From: Phoronis australis
Lineage: Eukaryota > Animalia > Phoronida
Assembly (NCBI GenBank): GCA_002633005.1
Contig: NMRA01000801.1
Location: forward strand, 62,001 to 126,000
DNA: 64,000 nucleotides
Direction of reading: 5' to 3'
Part shown: piece after piece, positions 13,096 to 25,977 of the stretch
Position numbering within the stretch: the first letter of the stretch is position 1
Layout: each line of letters begins with the position of its first letter
Position numbers and translations under genes: made by a program
The notes under the pieces: model-generated
The model's database searches: none
The model's input: the letters and a program-made list of their open reading frames with translations, nothing else
What the model was told of the DNA's origin: nothing

Positions 13096-13859
13096 CCCGA
13101 AGTAGAGACGCGCCCTTTCCTCATGTGCTAATCGAGTGTCTGAAAAAAAGGGTTTTGCAGCATTCCCAACTCACAAGCACTACTCATGATAACTGAAAAT
13201 CAATTACGCTATAGATTTCTATTCTGTTAAATCACATCGGAAAAAATCCCAGCACACAAAAATATTACCAAAACACACCAAATTTGACAGTTTCTCCCCA
13301 AAATTGCCAATTCCCTGCAAGTTCTAGGAAAAATCCAACTACAGATTCAGAATGCTTGCACTTTATAGATTCTAAAATTGTGGTCATAGTATGTACTTTA
13401 CCAGTCGCGATCAATGGTACAGTTCTAATAAACTTAGGGAGAGAGTAGGTTAACGTGAATGTGCATATTTCATATTTTTACTATTTGCTTCATATTTTAT
13501 ACTTGATTACAAGATAGTCCATATAACTTTGAAATACTTTTTAATTAACAGTTTGATTTTTCAAGCTGTATTTACAGGTGAATCACAGTTTTGTGGGTTC
13601 CTCGCACCCTGCAACTCAATGAAGAGCAGACGAGATGATTACACTCTGCCGGGAACGACATTTGTAAGGTTAGTAGGTCTTTGATTTGATTTGGTCGTGT
13701 TGTTTTTTCTGTTTTTGGTTTTCAAACTTGCTGAATCGACAGCCTTAATTGCAAAAAAAACAGAAAAAAAGCCAGCACAGCTCACGGCCCAGCTCATTGG
13801 TACAAAATTCAGCACTTGTTCTATGTTCAGATCAAGTGGAGCTTGTGTAGACTGGGTCG

Positions 13860-16445
13860 ACCAGGTTCTGGGTCATGGGTCCAGGGTCGTTGGTCGAGGG
13901 GTGTGAGGGTTGAGAGGGTTTCAGAACAACAATAATAAAGGTGTTGTTTTTAAAAGTATCTAAAAAGGACCCAAAATCCATTTAATTAAAATCCTGAGTG
14001 CAACATCCATTTTAAGTTTATTTCATTCAAAACACCACTCAAATTATAATGATGCAACTAAAGCCGCGTAAATGCCAAGGGTTATTAACTAAAAGGCCTA
14101 CTAATTAACGATTTATTTAAAGTTTTATGTGAAACAAAAATTCTTTTTCCAAAAGATAGCTTAGACACCATATCCACAACTTGTTTGAACTTTAACCTTT
14201 GGATGAGAGCAAAGGGGCATCTGTTCTCCACTCAACCACATGATGCGAAATTCGCGGTCAACATTTTCTCATCCGTTGTTCAGTGTCAGTGTTTTGTCCA
14301 AGATTTGTAGATGAGCGCCACCCCATAGTCTACCAATAAATGCATTTCTATCCATGTGAAGCACTAGTTTAGCTTCACACAGTGAAATACTGCTTTTACG
14401 CTTCTCAAATGGATGCTTAAAGCGTTGACTTTTGTTTGTAAGTTTTGTCAACCACATTGTTGAGTCCTCCAAAATTTTGATGACTTCTTCTGTTGGGATA
14501 AAGCAGCTCAACGAAGCAAAAGCTCTCTGGAACTGGTCACTTTTTACCACGATTGCATATGGNAATGTCAAGGGTTATTAACTAAAAGGCCTACTAATTA
14601 ACGATTTATTTAAAGTTTTATGTGAAACAAAAATTCTTTTTCCAAAAGATAGATTAGACACCATATCCACAACTTGTTTGAACTTGAACCTTTGGATGAG
14701 AGCAAAGGGGCATCTGTTCTCCACTGAACCAAATGATGCGAAATTCGCGGTCAACATTTTCTCATCCGTTGTTCAATGTCAGTGTTTTGTCCAAGATTTG
14801 TAGATGAGCGCCACCCCATAGTCTACCAATAAATGCATTTCTATCCATGTGAAGCACTAGTTTAGCTTCACACAGTGAAATACTGCTTTTAAGCTTCTCA
14901 GATGGATGCTTAAAGCGTTGACTTTTGTTTGTAGGTTTTGTCAACCACATTGTTGAGTCCTCCAAAATTTTGATGACTTCTTCTGTTGGGATAAAGCAGC
15001 TCAACGAAGCAAAAGCTCTCTGGAACTGGTCACTTTTTACCACGATTGCATATGGTCTGTTCTTTCCTTACAAATGCACAGGTATAGTCATATCAAGTGA
15101 ACATGTGTAGGTGTCTAGGAGTGCAGCACACATAGTCCCAATCTCCATCCACACCAGGGATGTAACTCTAGGAGCAACACTAGAATGTCCATGTCATAAA
15201 CCCTTATGGTGATGTCACCAGGTGTGCACTTGGATAGAACTGACTCTGTGCATACTCTCCATCTTCAACAAAGTACCGAGTGCACTCTCTCATCACCCCC
15301 AAATACACATCCCTTCCATATACAACTGCACTGTACAAGTTGCTCAACCAATCCTTATTGAGAAGGCATGTAGCTCTCATTTCAACGATTCTCTCGTTTC
15401 TTGAAGTTTGAGCCTCTTTTCTGTTCAGATCCTTCTATAAAGTTCTCCTCCTACAACACGTATTGTCCCTCGGAGTCCAAACACCCTAGTCTTAAGCATC
15501 TTAAGTTATGAATATGGTGTCCAAACGTGGAACATGCAAATTTCTTATCTCTGTGATTTCATGGTCAAATTAGTTAGAAACACAACATATAGTGACAATG
15601 TAAGTATGAAGGACGTTGAAAATTGACAACTGTTTTTAAGAATTAGTTTTATGTTGAAAGTAATCCACTGTAAATCGCTCAACCGTGTCCAGTATCGTGA
15701 TGTAGTGTTGGGGAATAACACTGCATGATGCGGGCTATGTGAGCCCCCAAGGTACCTCATCAGTGTTACGGTCATCTTCACATTTACAAGTTGTCAATGA
15801 ATACAACTGCACTTTGTTTAGTGTAGATGATGTTCAAATAGCACTGTTGTTTAGTTCCTGCTATACATTAGCATAGTTTGAAGCATGAAAATACATCTTT
15901 AAATAAATCGCTTATTGGTCATTAATTAATAAGTGTCTTAATAACACAAGGATTTTTTGTGTCTTAAGTTGTATTTTTGTTCATTTCAAATAATGTGTTA
16001 TCCATCGCAGAAATGAAAATTGTAGTACCGTATTTCCTCTTTTATACAAGTTTCATTTTTGGGGGTTTTGTTATCCCTTAGGGTCTTGTTATCCCTTAGG
16101 GTCTTGTTATCTCTTAGGGTCCAAACGCCCTCATCTCATCTGTGAACTCCAGGAAAAATGGCGCCTTAAGTTGTGGATATGGTGTCCAGAGTTATTAAAC
16201 TATCTTTTGGAAAAAGAATTTTTGTTGCACTTAAAAGTTGAAATACATTCTTGATTAGTCGTTAATTAGTAGGCATCTTAATTAATAACCCAGGGATTTT
16301 CATGTCTTAAGTTGCATCATTTTTAGTTGGAGTGGTGCTTTGAATGACATAAACTTGAAACGAATGTTGCTCTAAAAATCCTGGGCAATTAAATGGATTT
16401 TTGGGTCCTCTTTTGGACCACCCATGGACCAAACCCCAGGTTTGG
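13860..16445 (-). mobile_element. Decayed long-TIR DNA transposon with Academ(X)-like XPG-nuclease remnant
   Basis: ~13960-14183 is an imperfect inverted copy of ~16168-16410. Internal minus-strand remnant with frameshifts reads LHMFT*YDYTCAFVRK..RPY...LVLHMDRNAFIGRLWGGA...NNG*ENVDREFRIIWFSGEQMP, like the HxFTGCD / HxxRAxxxxxxW / GW motifs of Academ proteins. Ends are approximate. Confidence 0.6.
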
Positions 16446-16959
16446 GCAACTTAATGGTAGGTGATATACAATGGACTTACAAACTCAAACCTTTTACACT
16501 CAGAAATGTGAAGTCCTGTTGGCTCTCCAACTACATTAGTTTTTAGGCGAACATCGCTTGTGCTGGAGGAAGTCCTTCATGTGCTGTTCCTGATAACCTA
16601 AAACAACTTCTCACTACTGCAAAAACTTTGATGGAAATTTTAGAGCAGTGAGAAGTAGGAAAAGTAGGAACAGACCAAAAAGTAGGAAATTTGGAAAAGT
16701 AGGAACGCTTGAAAGTCTGTTTTTATAGACTTAGAGCCATGAAAACACATCAAAATGTATTTCAAAAGCTGCAATGTAAAATAAATTTGAAAAAATGTGT
16801 ATCTGGGCAATTTCTTAAAAACCCATTGACAAACAACTGAAAATTTATGTGCTTTCTGTAAAGGTTTTTCTTGTCAGGATGTCTTGTTGTGCCTAACTAA
16901 AGATGTAAGGTTAGCTATGGATAGTAATCTATTTGCTGGGTGCATACTAATTGACCTGT

Positions 16960-17545
16960 CTAAGGCTCCTTGTTACCAAACTAAAAGCCTGTGGCTGCAC
17001 ATTGAATACCTGTAACCTCATAATGTCCTATCTCAGTGATAGAAGGATGAGAGTGAAAATTAGCTCCACTGTCAGTGACTGGTTAAATGTCCCCAAGGGT
17101 GTTCCTCAAGGGTCTGTCTTAGGCCCCATCTTATTCAACATCTTTATCAATGATATATTTTACGCTATAAGCCGTCACTGTAAGTTATATAATTACGCTG
17201 ATGACAATACGCTATTGCAAGCAGGCTCCTCATCTGCAGTTAGCCTCAGCCTCAAGGTAGCTGGGCAGATGGCAATGGATTCGTTCTCCTTTAATGGAAT
17301 GGCTGTAAACCTTGGTAAATTTAAGTCAATCATCTTTTCTAGGAATCGTGTACATAATAATGATAGGTATCTCATGTCTGGTGATACTATGATTGAGTGT
17401 GAAGAGTCCATTAAGCTGCTAGGTGTCCAACTTGACAGCCAGTTAAAATTCCATGAGCACGTTGACGTTATTTGCAAAAAAGCTTCTAGACAAATGAATG
17501 CCTTGTTCCGTCTTCGTAATGTTTTAGGCATTAACAGTAAGCTTA
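16960..17545 (+). mobile_element. CR1/L2-clade LINE reverse transcriptase, 5'-truncated, first part
   Basis: GVPQGSVLGPILFNIFINDI...YADDNTL...IKLLGVQLDSQLKFHEHV. Confidence 0.93.
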
Positions 17546-18956
17546 CTGTATTCGCTGTAATAACCGCCCATGCCCATATAAGCGCCCTCCCACGCGTTTT
17601 CAGACTTTGCTGAAATAAGCACCCAGTCCATGAACGTGTACATGCAAACGATGTACCCACAGTCCTAAAACTCGGCTACAGTAACGTCTTCAATTTATCA
17701 AAAATTTTTTGCACGGGTCTTCTAGACCACCAGCGGCACTGCTACTTTTGTATTTAGCCGTGATTTTACACTTCAAAGTAACGCAGTGCTTCAAAAAGAA
17801 CGCAACAGCGTTGCTACGTTCTCGCGATGACCGTGTCCCACTATGGTCTGACCTTTCAGTAGACACATCGACTGTCTCATGAATAAAAACAACTCGGGTG
17901 TTAAACGCATGTGGCCAGGAAGCGCACGCTACATACATGAACCTGTCATCAAAGACATTAGTCGGGAACTATCCATTCATGAAAAGGGTAGCATAGCATC
18001 GATAAGAAATGAATACTGGCACTAATTTCCGACAATTTCTAATGCTATAAAACATGTTTGCGTTATTTTTGAGATGAATTGTTTGATTAACCATAATTGA
18101 TGTTTTTAAGCCGAATATCCGATAAAATGACAACTGACAGTGAATGCTTACACACCCTTACACCGAAAAGTAACTGTCAGATAGTTACGTACTCATCCAG
18201 CTACACAGCGACTAATATGGGCCTTACCGAGACAAATGTCGAGAGTTTTTAGCACGAGACCGGCAAGTGCTGAATGAAACACGCTCTGGTTTAGGCCTAC
18301 TGCTTGTGCAAATTTCTTTAGACACATCTAGCTAGTTATATTGCGTGGCTCTGGCCAAAAGATGGTCTCTGCTTTGGCAAATGAACTCTGGTGTCATGCA
18401 CGCGCTGGCTTACTCGCAGACGAACCTCAAAACAAACGTCACGGGACAACAACATGTGTATTCGTCCAGACAATTTTCTCGCCGTACTGCCAATCATACA
18501 TGTAGATGGCACGATGTTGCACAGATTTGTACTTAAACCTGCCGTTAATCCAGACTCCATGGGAACTAAAAAAATCTTAGAGACGCTACTTATAAAACTT
18601 AATGAGGATTTCAGGTAATTTGCTTGAGTTGAATCCATTTTTATTCAAGCACTGAAGTCGCCATATCGAAGACAACATTTCGAGGCAGTCAGTCGGCAAG
18701 TTTTCGTCCTGGGATTTCAGCACAATTTTCTGTAAAATGATCGTAATTTAGCAGCAAAGTTTGATAGCAATGCACCCCAGTTTTGTTGAAAGTCTTTCAT
18801 AGATTACATATACGTCACAGAGTGTAAATTTGATGAATCTTAGCTTCCGATTTCACCCGTTTCAGAGACCGGGTTTCAACCGCCTTGGGTTATAATAAGC
18901 GCCCCCCCTAACCGAACTTTTCTAAGCGCCCTGGGCAGTTATTACGGGAAATACGG
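17546..18956. mobile_element. Non-autonomous Tc1/mariner (Tc2/pogo-like) element nested in the LINE
   Basis: TA TSD (17544-17545, 18957-18958). Imperfect TIR CYGTATT...GTAATAACYGCCCA. Removing the element restores the LINE reading frame. Confidence 0.85.
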
Positions 18957-18958
18957 TA

Positions 18959-19652
18959 AGTTATATTATGCATTTATAAGATCCTATTTTAATCACTGCC
19001 CCCTGGTTTGGCACCTATGTGGAATACAGAAAAGTGGTAAAATGGAAAAGATACAACACCGTGTTTTAAAATTTGTGTTCAATGACAGCGAGTCAAGCTA
19101 CTCACAACTCTTAGATAAGGCTAGGAGCTGCTCTCTAACTAGTTGGCGGATGAAATGTTTATCTATTGAAGTATTCAAAATGTTCATGTTATTGGACCCT
19201 GTCCTTTGTCAGGAAAGCTTGAATTTAGAGAGTCTGGATACGGTCTCAGAGGTGAAAACTCTCTCTATGTGAAACGCTTTAATAGGATGACTTAAGGATG
19301 TAACTCAATCTCCCATAAAGGTACTTTGCTGTGGAACTCATTGCCATCAGTAATGAGACAATGTACTACCTTAAATGAATTTACCACTCTTGCTCATGAT
19401 TTTTCTCTGAGATCTGCTCTTGTGAAAACTGATATGGATGTCTACACACTCCGTAACATGTGTGTGTACTTTTGTATTTATATTTATGTTTAAGTTCTGC
19501 ATATTCTCCATACTGTAGAATTAGCTAGTATTTTAGTTCTGTATCTGCATTTTGTAGATTTTAAATTTGTCGGATAATAGCACTTGTGCTTAAGTTTCAT
19601 TGTTAAATCTCACCTACTTTTAAATAAAGATTATTGCTACTACTACTACTAC
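18959..19652 (+). mobile_element. CR1/L2 LINE second part, 3' UTR and tail
   Basis: KLYYAFIRSYFNHCPLVW...MEKIQHRVLKFVF...GTLLWNSLP; ends with AATAAA followed by a (TAC)n tail. Confidence 0.9.
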
Positions 19653-19672
19653 AAACACATTTTCCATAAAAG

Positions 19673-21154
19673 TAGGGAGGACAATCAAAAAGTAGGTCAC
19701 GGTGCTCCATATCTGCCTCCGTGTAATACCCACGTCAGTAAATTACCCGATTTCAGACTTCAAAGTTAACTATAAGACAATTTTGTGTTATAAATCGTTA
19801 CCTTAGTCTTTATTTGTAAGTTTGTAATCTTTTTGTCTCAAATTATTGCTGATAAATCATTTTTTGTAAGCTTTTTTTTAGCGCACGATTTTCCGCCATG
19901 CGATCAACTTTCGAAAAAGTACCTCTTGTTCCTCCTATCCAAAAGAGCACTATACTCTCAAATACAAACATGAAATTTGGACAGGATGTAGTTTAGATGC
20001 GTGCGCATCTCCTCAAGTTGTTTTCTCGAAGTCTAGGCCAAGTTTTCATGGCGAGTTTTCGATCGTTCGGAAGGCCTAATTTTGGTCGGTCGGGAGATTG
20101 ATGTTTTTACAGTTGCGCAATATGCCCCCCAGATTTTTAGATGAGGAATTTATCACTATTTTAATTGGTAATTATTTCTTTTTCAGAAATTCTGTCAAAC
20201 TGCTGCGCATTGGCACTTTTCAAACAGCAGTTGTTAGTTCACTAAGTCGCCGCATGTCAGCGCCACCAGCGGCTACGCTGAAGTTCAATGGCATCGCAAC
20301 TTCACCGTTCGAAATAAAGTTGTTGCAAAGTTTTTGTTGCGTAAATGATGAAATCCTTCATGTTAAGAGTGTTTTGTTTTTCCAAATGGTCTTTTGTCTA
20401 CTTTCTGATGTTTTTTGCCATGATACGATCTAATAGTACATGGGTGGCACCCATCACTGAAAAAAGTGGGTGAGCTATAGCCTCCCCCAGCCCCCTGTCA
20501 CTGTCAGGCAATGATGTGTTGCCCATGTAGTAGTATTCAGGGGCAGATCTAGGATTTTTAGATAGGAGGGGGGCAGGGCAGAGTATTACGCAGGATTTTA
20601 CCCGTAAGATATTTGCACCCTCAAACTGTCAAATGAAATATGGGAGTTTTAGGGGGGCCACGGGCCAGGCCCCCTTGCCCCCCCAAATCCACCAATGTGA
20701 TATTGTGATTTGATGTGAAATTTCCTCCTAGCTCAGATGTATTTATTTCTGAGCTGATGTGGTGTCTTTGCTCTTTACCTTTTAAGCTGTGTAATCCATT
20801 GTTTTTATCAAACATGATGAGCCTGCTCAACATATGCTAACAACACACGTAAACAGCAATATCTCTGTAGAAATTGATCCCAATTTCATACATTACACAC
20901 CACCATGTTTGTCTCAATGAGACGACTCTTTTCATATGCAGCACATGTATATTTTTTCTTTTATTTTTTTACGAAATTATGTAGAAATGCAGATATTTTA
21001 CGCATAATCGTTGCGCTTCAACGGCCATTTTCTCGTTAACCGCTCGTCCAATTTTTCTGATTTTTGCATGATTTCATTTCTCACACCAAGGGCTTTTCAA
21101 AAATGTATGACACATGGGTATTGTAAAAAAAATTAAAAAACGTTGTCCTCCCTA
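19673..21154. mobile_element. 1.48-kb non-autonomous DNA transposon, TAGGG termini, 4-bp TSD (Academ-like, tentative)
   Basis: TIR TAGGGAGGACAA/TTGTCCTCCCTA, AAAG on both flanks. Contains a small nested CAGGGGCAGATCTAG MITE at ~20538-20697. Confidence 0.7.
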
Positions 21155-21374
21155 AAAGTTCAGCCCACTTTTTATTGCAGTTTCAACAGTTCAGCAGAAC
21201 TGTTAAACTGTAACTGCGATCATATGTGGTTAACTATTCAGTACCCAGCACTTCTAAAAAAACAAACAGTTTGTGGGCAACTGCTGAACGAGGTCGACAC
21301 AAACCAGTTTTCAAACAATGAGTGTCAGATGGTGACTCATTCCTCTGACTAAGTCCTAAGGCTAAGCTAGGAAC

Positions 21375-21545
21375 CGGGCTCCAGTTCAGTTGGCGTTCAG
21401 TAACGTTAGGACCTCGCTAAAAAGCTAGATTTCGCAACATTACGTGAGATATTGTCGTGTTTTTCAAATGAGAACATGTGACTTTGGATAGATTTTAGCT
21501 AGGTCCTAGCGTAGGTCCTAGCGCTACTGAACACACGCCGGGGCT
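21375..21545. repeat. Small inverted-repeat element (MITE-like)
   Basis: GTTCAGTAACGTTAGGACCT ... AGGTCCTAGCGCTACTGAAC imperfect inverted arms. Confidence 0.5.
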
Positions 21546-21690
21546 TAGGGCTAGGGACAATGCAAAACAGTCACACAGCTGACGATCGACCGACTGCCGT
21601 TGAAGTCCGTTCCACGGCGACTGACATACTAGGAAATTCCAAACCAGAGCGAATCGTGAATCGGAGAACAGAATTATAAGCACAACTTAC

Positions 21691-21800
21691 TTTTACAATA
21701 CTTAGCGACACACAAAACGCAACGCAATGTAACTAAGTTCGGTGATCTCGATCCCCACTCAGCCCCTTCATTTCGAAACATCGGCCATTTTGTGTTTCCT
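21691..21800 (-). other. EVI5: Putative non-coding first exon (5' UTR) of EVI5
   Basis: Perfect minus-strand donor GTAAGT at 21690-21685, CpG-rich context, YY1-like AAAATGGCCG at 21791-21782. The exact TSS is inferred. Confidence 0.6.
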
Positions 21801-22273
21801 TATTGCTTTAAAAGACACATTCTGATTGGTTAAAAATTTTTAAGGCGTCGGGTTCGCGAAAACATTTTAGAGTGTTTGTCTCACATATTCAATAATATTC
21901 TGTCTTTAACTCAAAGTAATGCTACAATTTCAATATTTCATTAAATATAAAAAGCTTGAATAGCGAACGATGTCCTTAAACAGTTAAACCAATGTTTTCT
22001 CTTTTCCATCACGAACCAATCAAATTTTGTCTTTCAAGCAGCATTTGGATTAGGCAGACGACGAAAAAGGTCCATTTTGGGCCAGTCCGCAAAAGAGCCA
22101 TTATGTACATTATACAATTTCCGTCATTATATCCAGAACTAAGATGCATGATTTTATAACACTTTCCTGACCATGTTCTCAAAGCGTTCAACTTCTGACT
22201 GTTTTTTTATCAAGTGTTCACATGCATGATGCCCTCTTTAGTGTTTGGAGGTACGGTTTTAGTTCCCGGCAAA
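21780..22273. promoter_or_regulatory. Putative bidirectional promoter shared by EVI5 and PIN1
   Basis: Lies between divergent first exons. CCAAT boxes at 21825-21829 (ATTGG), 21989-21993 and 22016-22020; E2F-like CGCGAAAA at 21855-21862; YY1-like GGCCATTTTG at 21783-21792. Confidence 0.6.
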
Positions 22274-22322
22274 ATGCCTCAGTTACCAGAAGGTTGGAAA
22301 GAAAGACAAAGCAATTCTCAAG
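22274..22322 (+). CDS. PIN1: PIN1 peptidyl-prolyl isomerase exon 1 (WW domain N-half)
   Basis: MPQLPEGWKERQSNSQ(G). GT donor at 22323, phase 1, inside the WW loop-1 Gly codon. Not in the ORF track. Confidence 0.9.
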
Positions 22323-23722
22323 GTTAGCATTTGTTGTTGTTTTTATGGCTAAATAGGATGTCATTTTTATAAATCTTTTGGTGTTCATTTAATAGTTCCA
22401 TATGTGTACAGTATCAACAGTTTCACTGGGTTATAATCAATGTTAGGTTGGCGGAAGAAGTTTAAAGCAAAGCCAGCGAGCTATCTGTAAGAAGAGTCGT
22501 AAGACTATGCCAATAGTCAAAATACAGGTAGGTACCGCTGTGTTTTAATTTTCCATAGACCCCGAACTTGCACACAACCAGGGTAGTTCTGCTCGTCACC
22601 TGGCTGGGAAACTTGTATCAACATGTAAAGCTAAAGACTGGACGGTGTAATGGCTTTTGGAGAGAGAGAGGAGTGAAGAAGCCGGCTACTACTTTATTGC
22701 GGACTGACTAATTACTGTACAACAACATGTTTTTGCAATACACAAGACCACATGCATATGAGTCAAATTTCATAGAACTGTTTGGCAAGACATATTAATA
22801 AACCATTCTAGCTAATTGTGCCATATAAGGTAAGTGTAGTTCTAGTACAAATCACAATAATATTACAGACGGGGAGCATGCAAAATCTGGGAATCAACCG
22901 ACACTCACCCACAGGCATCCTCGGCTTCTGATCGTCCCCAATCTATATATAACAGGGCTCGTCATAACGGGCTGCAGGTCGCATTTGTAACCTGAAATTT
23001 GGAAATGTGAGCTGAGATTTTTTTCAGCTCATATCAAGTCGCAAAATGCAACCTAGAATTTCCAACGTATGCGAGCTGAGTTTTTGCACTAGTCTCAGCA
23101 GATACCTGGCAAATACAAAGCAGCTCTTGTTAATCCGACCGTTATTTGGTTGTTGCCAAATCCAAGTTCAAAAGAACACTAACCGAGAACAGTCCTCCCG
23201 ATGACTTGTAAGCAAGTCGCGTGAACATGGGACATGCAGAATTGATATTTGACACATTTTATTGGCTAACATTTTCGGCCACTTTTGCAAATTTCCGGAT
23301 TCGCTGAAGAAAGTTTCTGGCCTCTGCATAACATGTGAAAAAATGTTTCAAAACAGCAGTGTTTCTACTAATTCTTAAGCAATCAACCTACCAAACTTTG
23401 TGGTGGACAAATATTTTTATTTTCGAGTAAGATGTCCTTATTACATGTACCAAATATCCACGAAAATATCCCTGATATCGCACTGCGGCTCTGGTCGGTC
23501 CCGTTGTTAGCGCGCAAGCAGTCCCGGAAGACGATCGTGACTTAGAAATGTGCATCTCATTTTTTTATCGCATAAGACAGCCTAAGTGAAAATGACAACC
23601 CTATTAATCGCCAAATGATGGCCATGGCTTTAATTTCAGTTGCCAAGAAATTCTCAAACCCCTTTACTTGTTTCTGGGGCTACGTGCGCGAAATATGATT
23701 TCTCTTTCACACGTCTTTAGTN

Positions 23723-25500
23723 CACAGCAATTCATTACAATGCGACTTCATTTTGGCAGTACAGGGGAAGATGTACCACTGAAGAAGGCACCCCTTCACG
23801 TGATCTAGCTGTACTGAAATAGAAAATCATTCAGTTGAAGGCACTGACACAAGCTTAAAAATCATTTAAAATACTCCAGTAACTTTTTAAAATTCATGAA
23901 AATTCACTTCCTTACTCTACTTGAAATTCACTGTGCAAAATGGCCCTAAAAATAGATATGATGTGATCAAAAGACACTGCATTATTTGTTTACTTGGCTG
24001 CCATGACAAATCACGTGGAAGTGGAAAATCCACAGCTTTCATCAAACTTTGTATCTTTTGCGCACTCAACTCTGGTTACATTTGTATTGCGATTGGTGCA
24101 TTATTTAGAGGGGGTGGTGTACTCATAAAAACGGGCGAAAAATTTTCTTTTTTCTTGACGTAGAAATTTCCAATTAATTTTAAATTTTACAAAAAACAGG
24201 ACTTCTAATAAAAATAAAAATTCTTCGTCAATATTCAAAAAATTTGACCATATTTTCGCACACAAATAACCTTCACACCCCTTCGTAAGGACTATCCTAT
24301 GTGGGCAAACTAGGTCACTGCCGGTATGCCGTCCATTTTGGGTGGTTGGTGAATTTTGAGCTCAAGGTCGAAATTAAACGTCCCGTGGAGTATGAAAATG
24401 CAGATGAAGTCCCTGAAAAGATTTGGAGATAGTATGCTGAGTGTTTCTGGACCTGTTAATGTGAGTTTTGTTTGATAGGTTAAATTTTCACGCGCGTTAA
24501 AAAATTTTAAACGNTGACGTAGAAATTTCCAATTAATTTTAAATTTTACAAAAAATAGGACTTCTAATAAAAATAAAAATTCTTCGTCAAGATTCCAAAA
24601 ATTTGACCATATCTTCGCACGCAAATAACCTTCACACCCCTTCGTAAGGACTATCCTATGTGGGCAAACTCGGTCACTTGCCGGTATGTCGTCCATTTTG
24701 GGTGGTTGGTGAATTTTGAGCTCAAGTTCGAAATTAAACGTCCCGTGGAGTATGAAAATGCAGATGAAGTCCATGAAAAGATTTGGAGATAGTATACTGA
24801 GTGTTTCTGGACCTGTTAATGTGAGTTTTGTTTGATAGGTTAAATTTTCACGCGCGTTAAAAATTTTTAAACGTTGATGTTCAGCACGGCAAAATCACCG
24901 ACACGCGGAAGTGACGTCACCAGCCAATATTTCAAAAGTGGTTTTAGATACACTCACATAAAACTTTTGCGCACGTCGGGGACATGTGACACTTGAATGC
25001 AGTCCAGTCCAATATTTTAAGGGGACGTTGGCCTATAAAGAACCGGACGAAGAATTTTGAAAAAAAAAATAACTTGTATTTATTTTGCTCTAAAGTTGAA
25101 ATTTAACAAAAATTTTATGTTTAAGGACGAAATTAAAAATTCTTCGTCCGGAAAGTGAAAATTTGACCTTTCTTTTATATAAAAACATGTAATGCACCCC
25201 CCCAGCTGGTGAATCCAACATGCGCAAAGAGCTGAAAAATGCCTACTTGTCGGTGCCGCGGTTTCACGAGACTGGGATTCCTGAACCTGGACCTTCATTC
25301 AAAGGTGGAATTTCACACTTTAGTGGGAAGAGAGGTCAGAATCATTTATTGTACGTTTAGAACGTTTATTTGAGAATCTGTTACTTTACTTTTTGTAGCT
25401 TAAGAATGTGAAGTTTAACTAATAAAAATTTTTGAAAATGGAACTTGGTACATTGAAAATGACACATCCAAAAACAAAATGGCCGACTTCGACCGCCCTA
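23723..25500. mobile_element. Young interspersed DNA element ending ...CTTCGACCGCCCTA (left end lost at N join)
   Basis: From ~24054 it is nearly identical to 34981-36072, and both copies stop at the same GCCCTA terminus. Confidence 0.75.
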
Positions 25501-25977
25501 GTTTAAAGCAAAGCCAGCGAGCTATCTGTAAGAAGAGTCGTAAGACTATGCCAATAGTTAAAATACAGCTAGGTACCGCTGTGTTTTAATTTTCCATAGA
25601 CCAGGGTAGTTCTGCTCGTCACCTGGCTGGGAAACTTGTATCAACATGTAAAGCTAAAGACTGGACGGTGTAATGGCTTTTGGAGAGAGAGAGGAGTGAA
25701 GAAGCCGTCTACTACTTTATTGCGGACTGACTAATTACTGTACAACAACATGTTTTTGCAATACACAAGACCACATGCATATGAGTCAAATTTCATAGAA
25801 CTGTTTGACAAGACTTATATTAATAAACCATTCTAGCTAATTGTGCCATATAAGGTAAGTGTAGTTCTAGTACAAATCACAATACTATTACAGACGGGGA
25901 GCATGCAAAATCTGGGAATCAACCGACACTCACCTACAGGCATCCTCGGCTTCTGATCGTCCCCAATCTATATATAA

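Noticed and set aside
14071-15055. Tandem duplication of ~490 bp (14071-14562 and 14564-15055)
   Set aside because: The copies are joined by a single N (14563) and differ by a few substitutions; most likely overlapping allelic contigs.
17193-17660. 155-aa minus-strand ORF
   Set aside because: Antisense shadow of the LINE reverse transcriptase; no recognisable motif.
24156-24873. Tandem duplication of ~360 bp, producing the 154-aa ORF 24310-24774
   Set aside because: Joined at a single N (24514), and the sister copy at 35 kb has the segment only once; treated as an assembly artefact.
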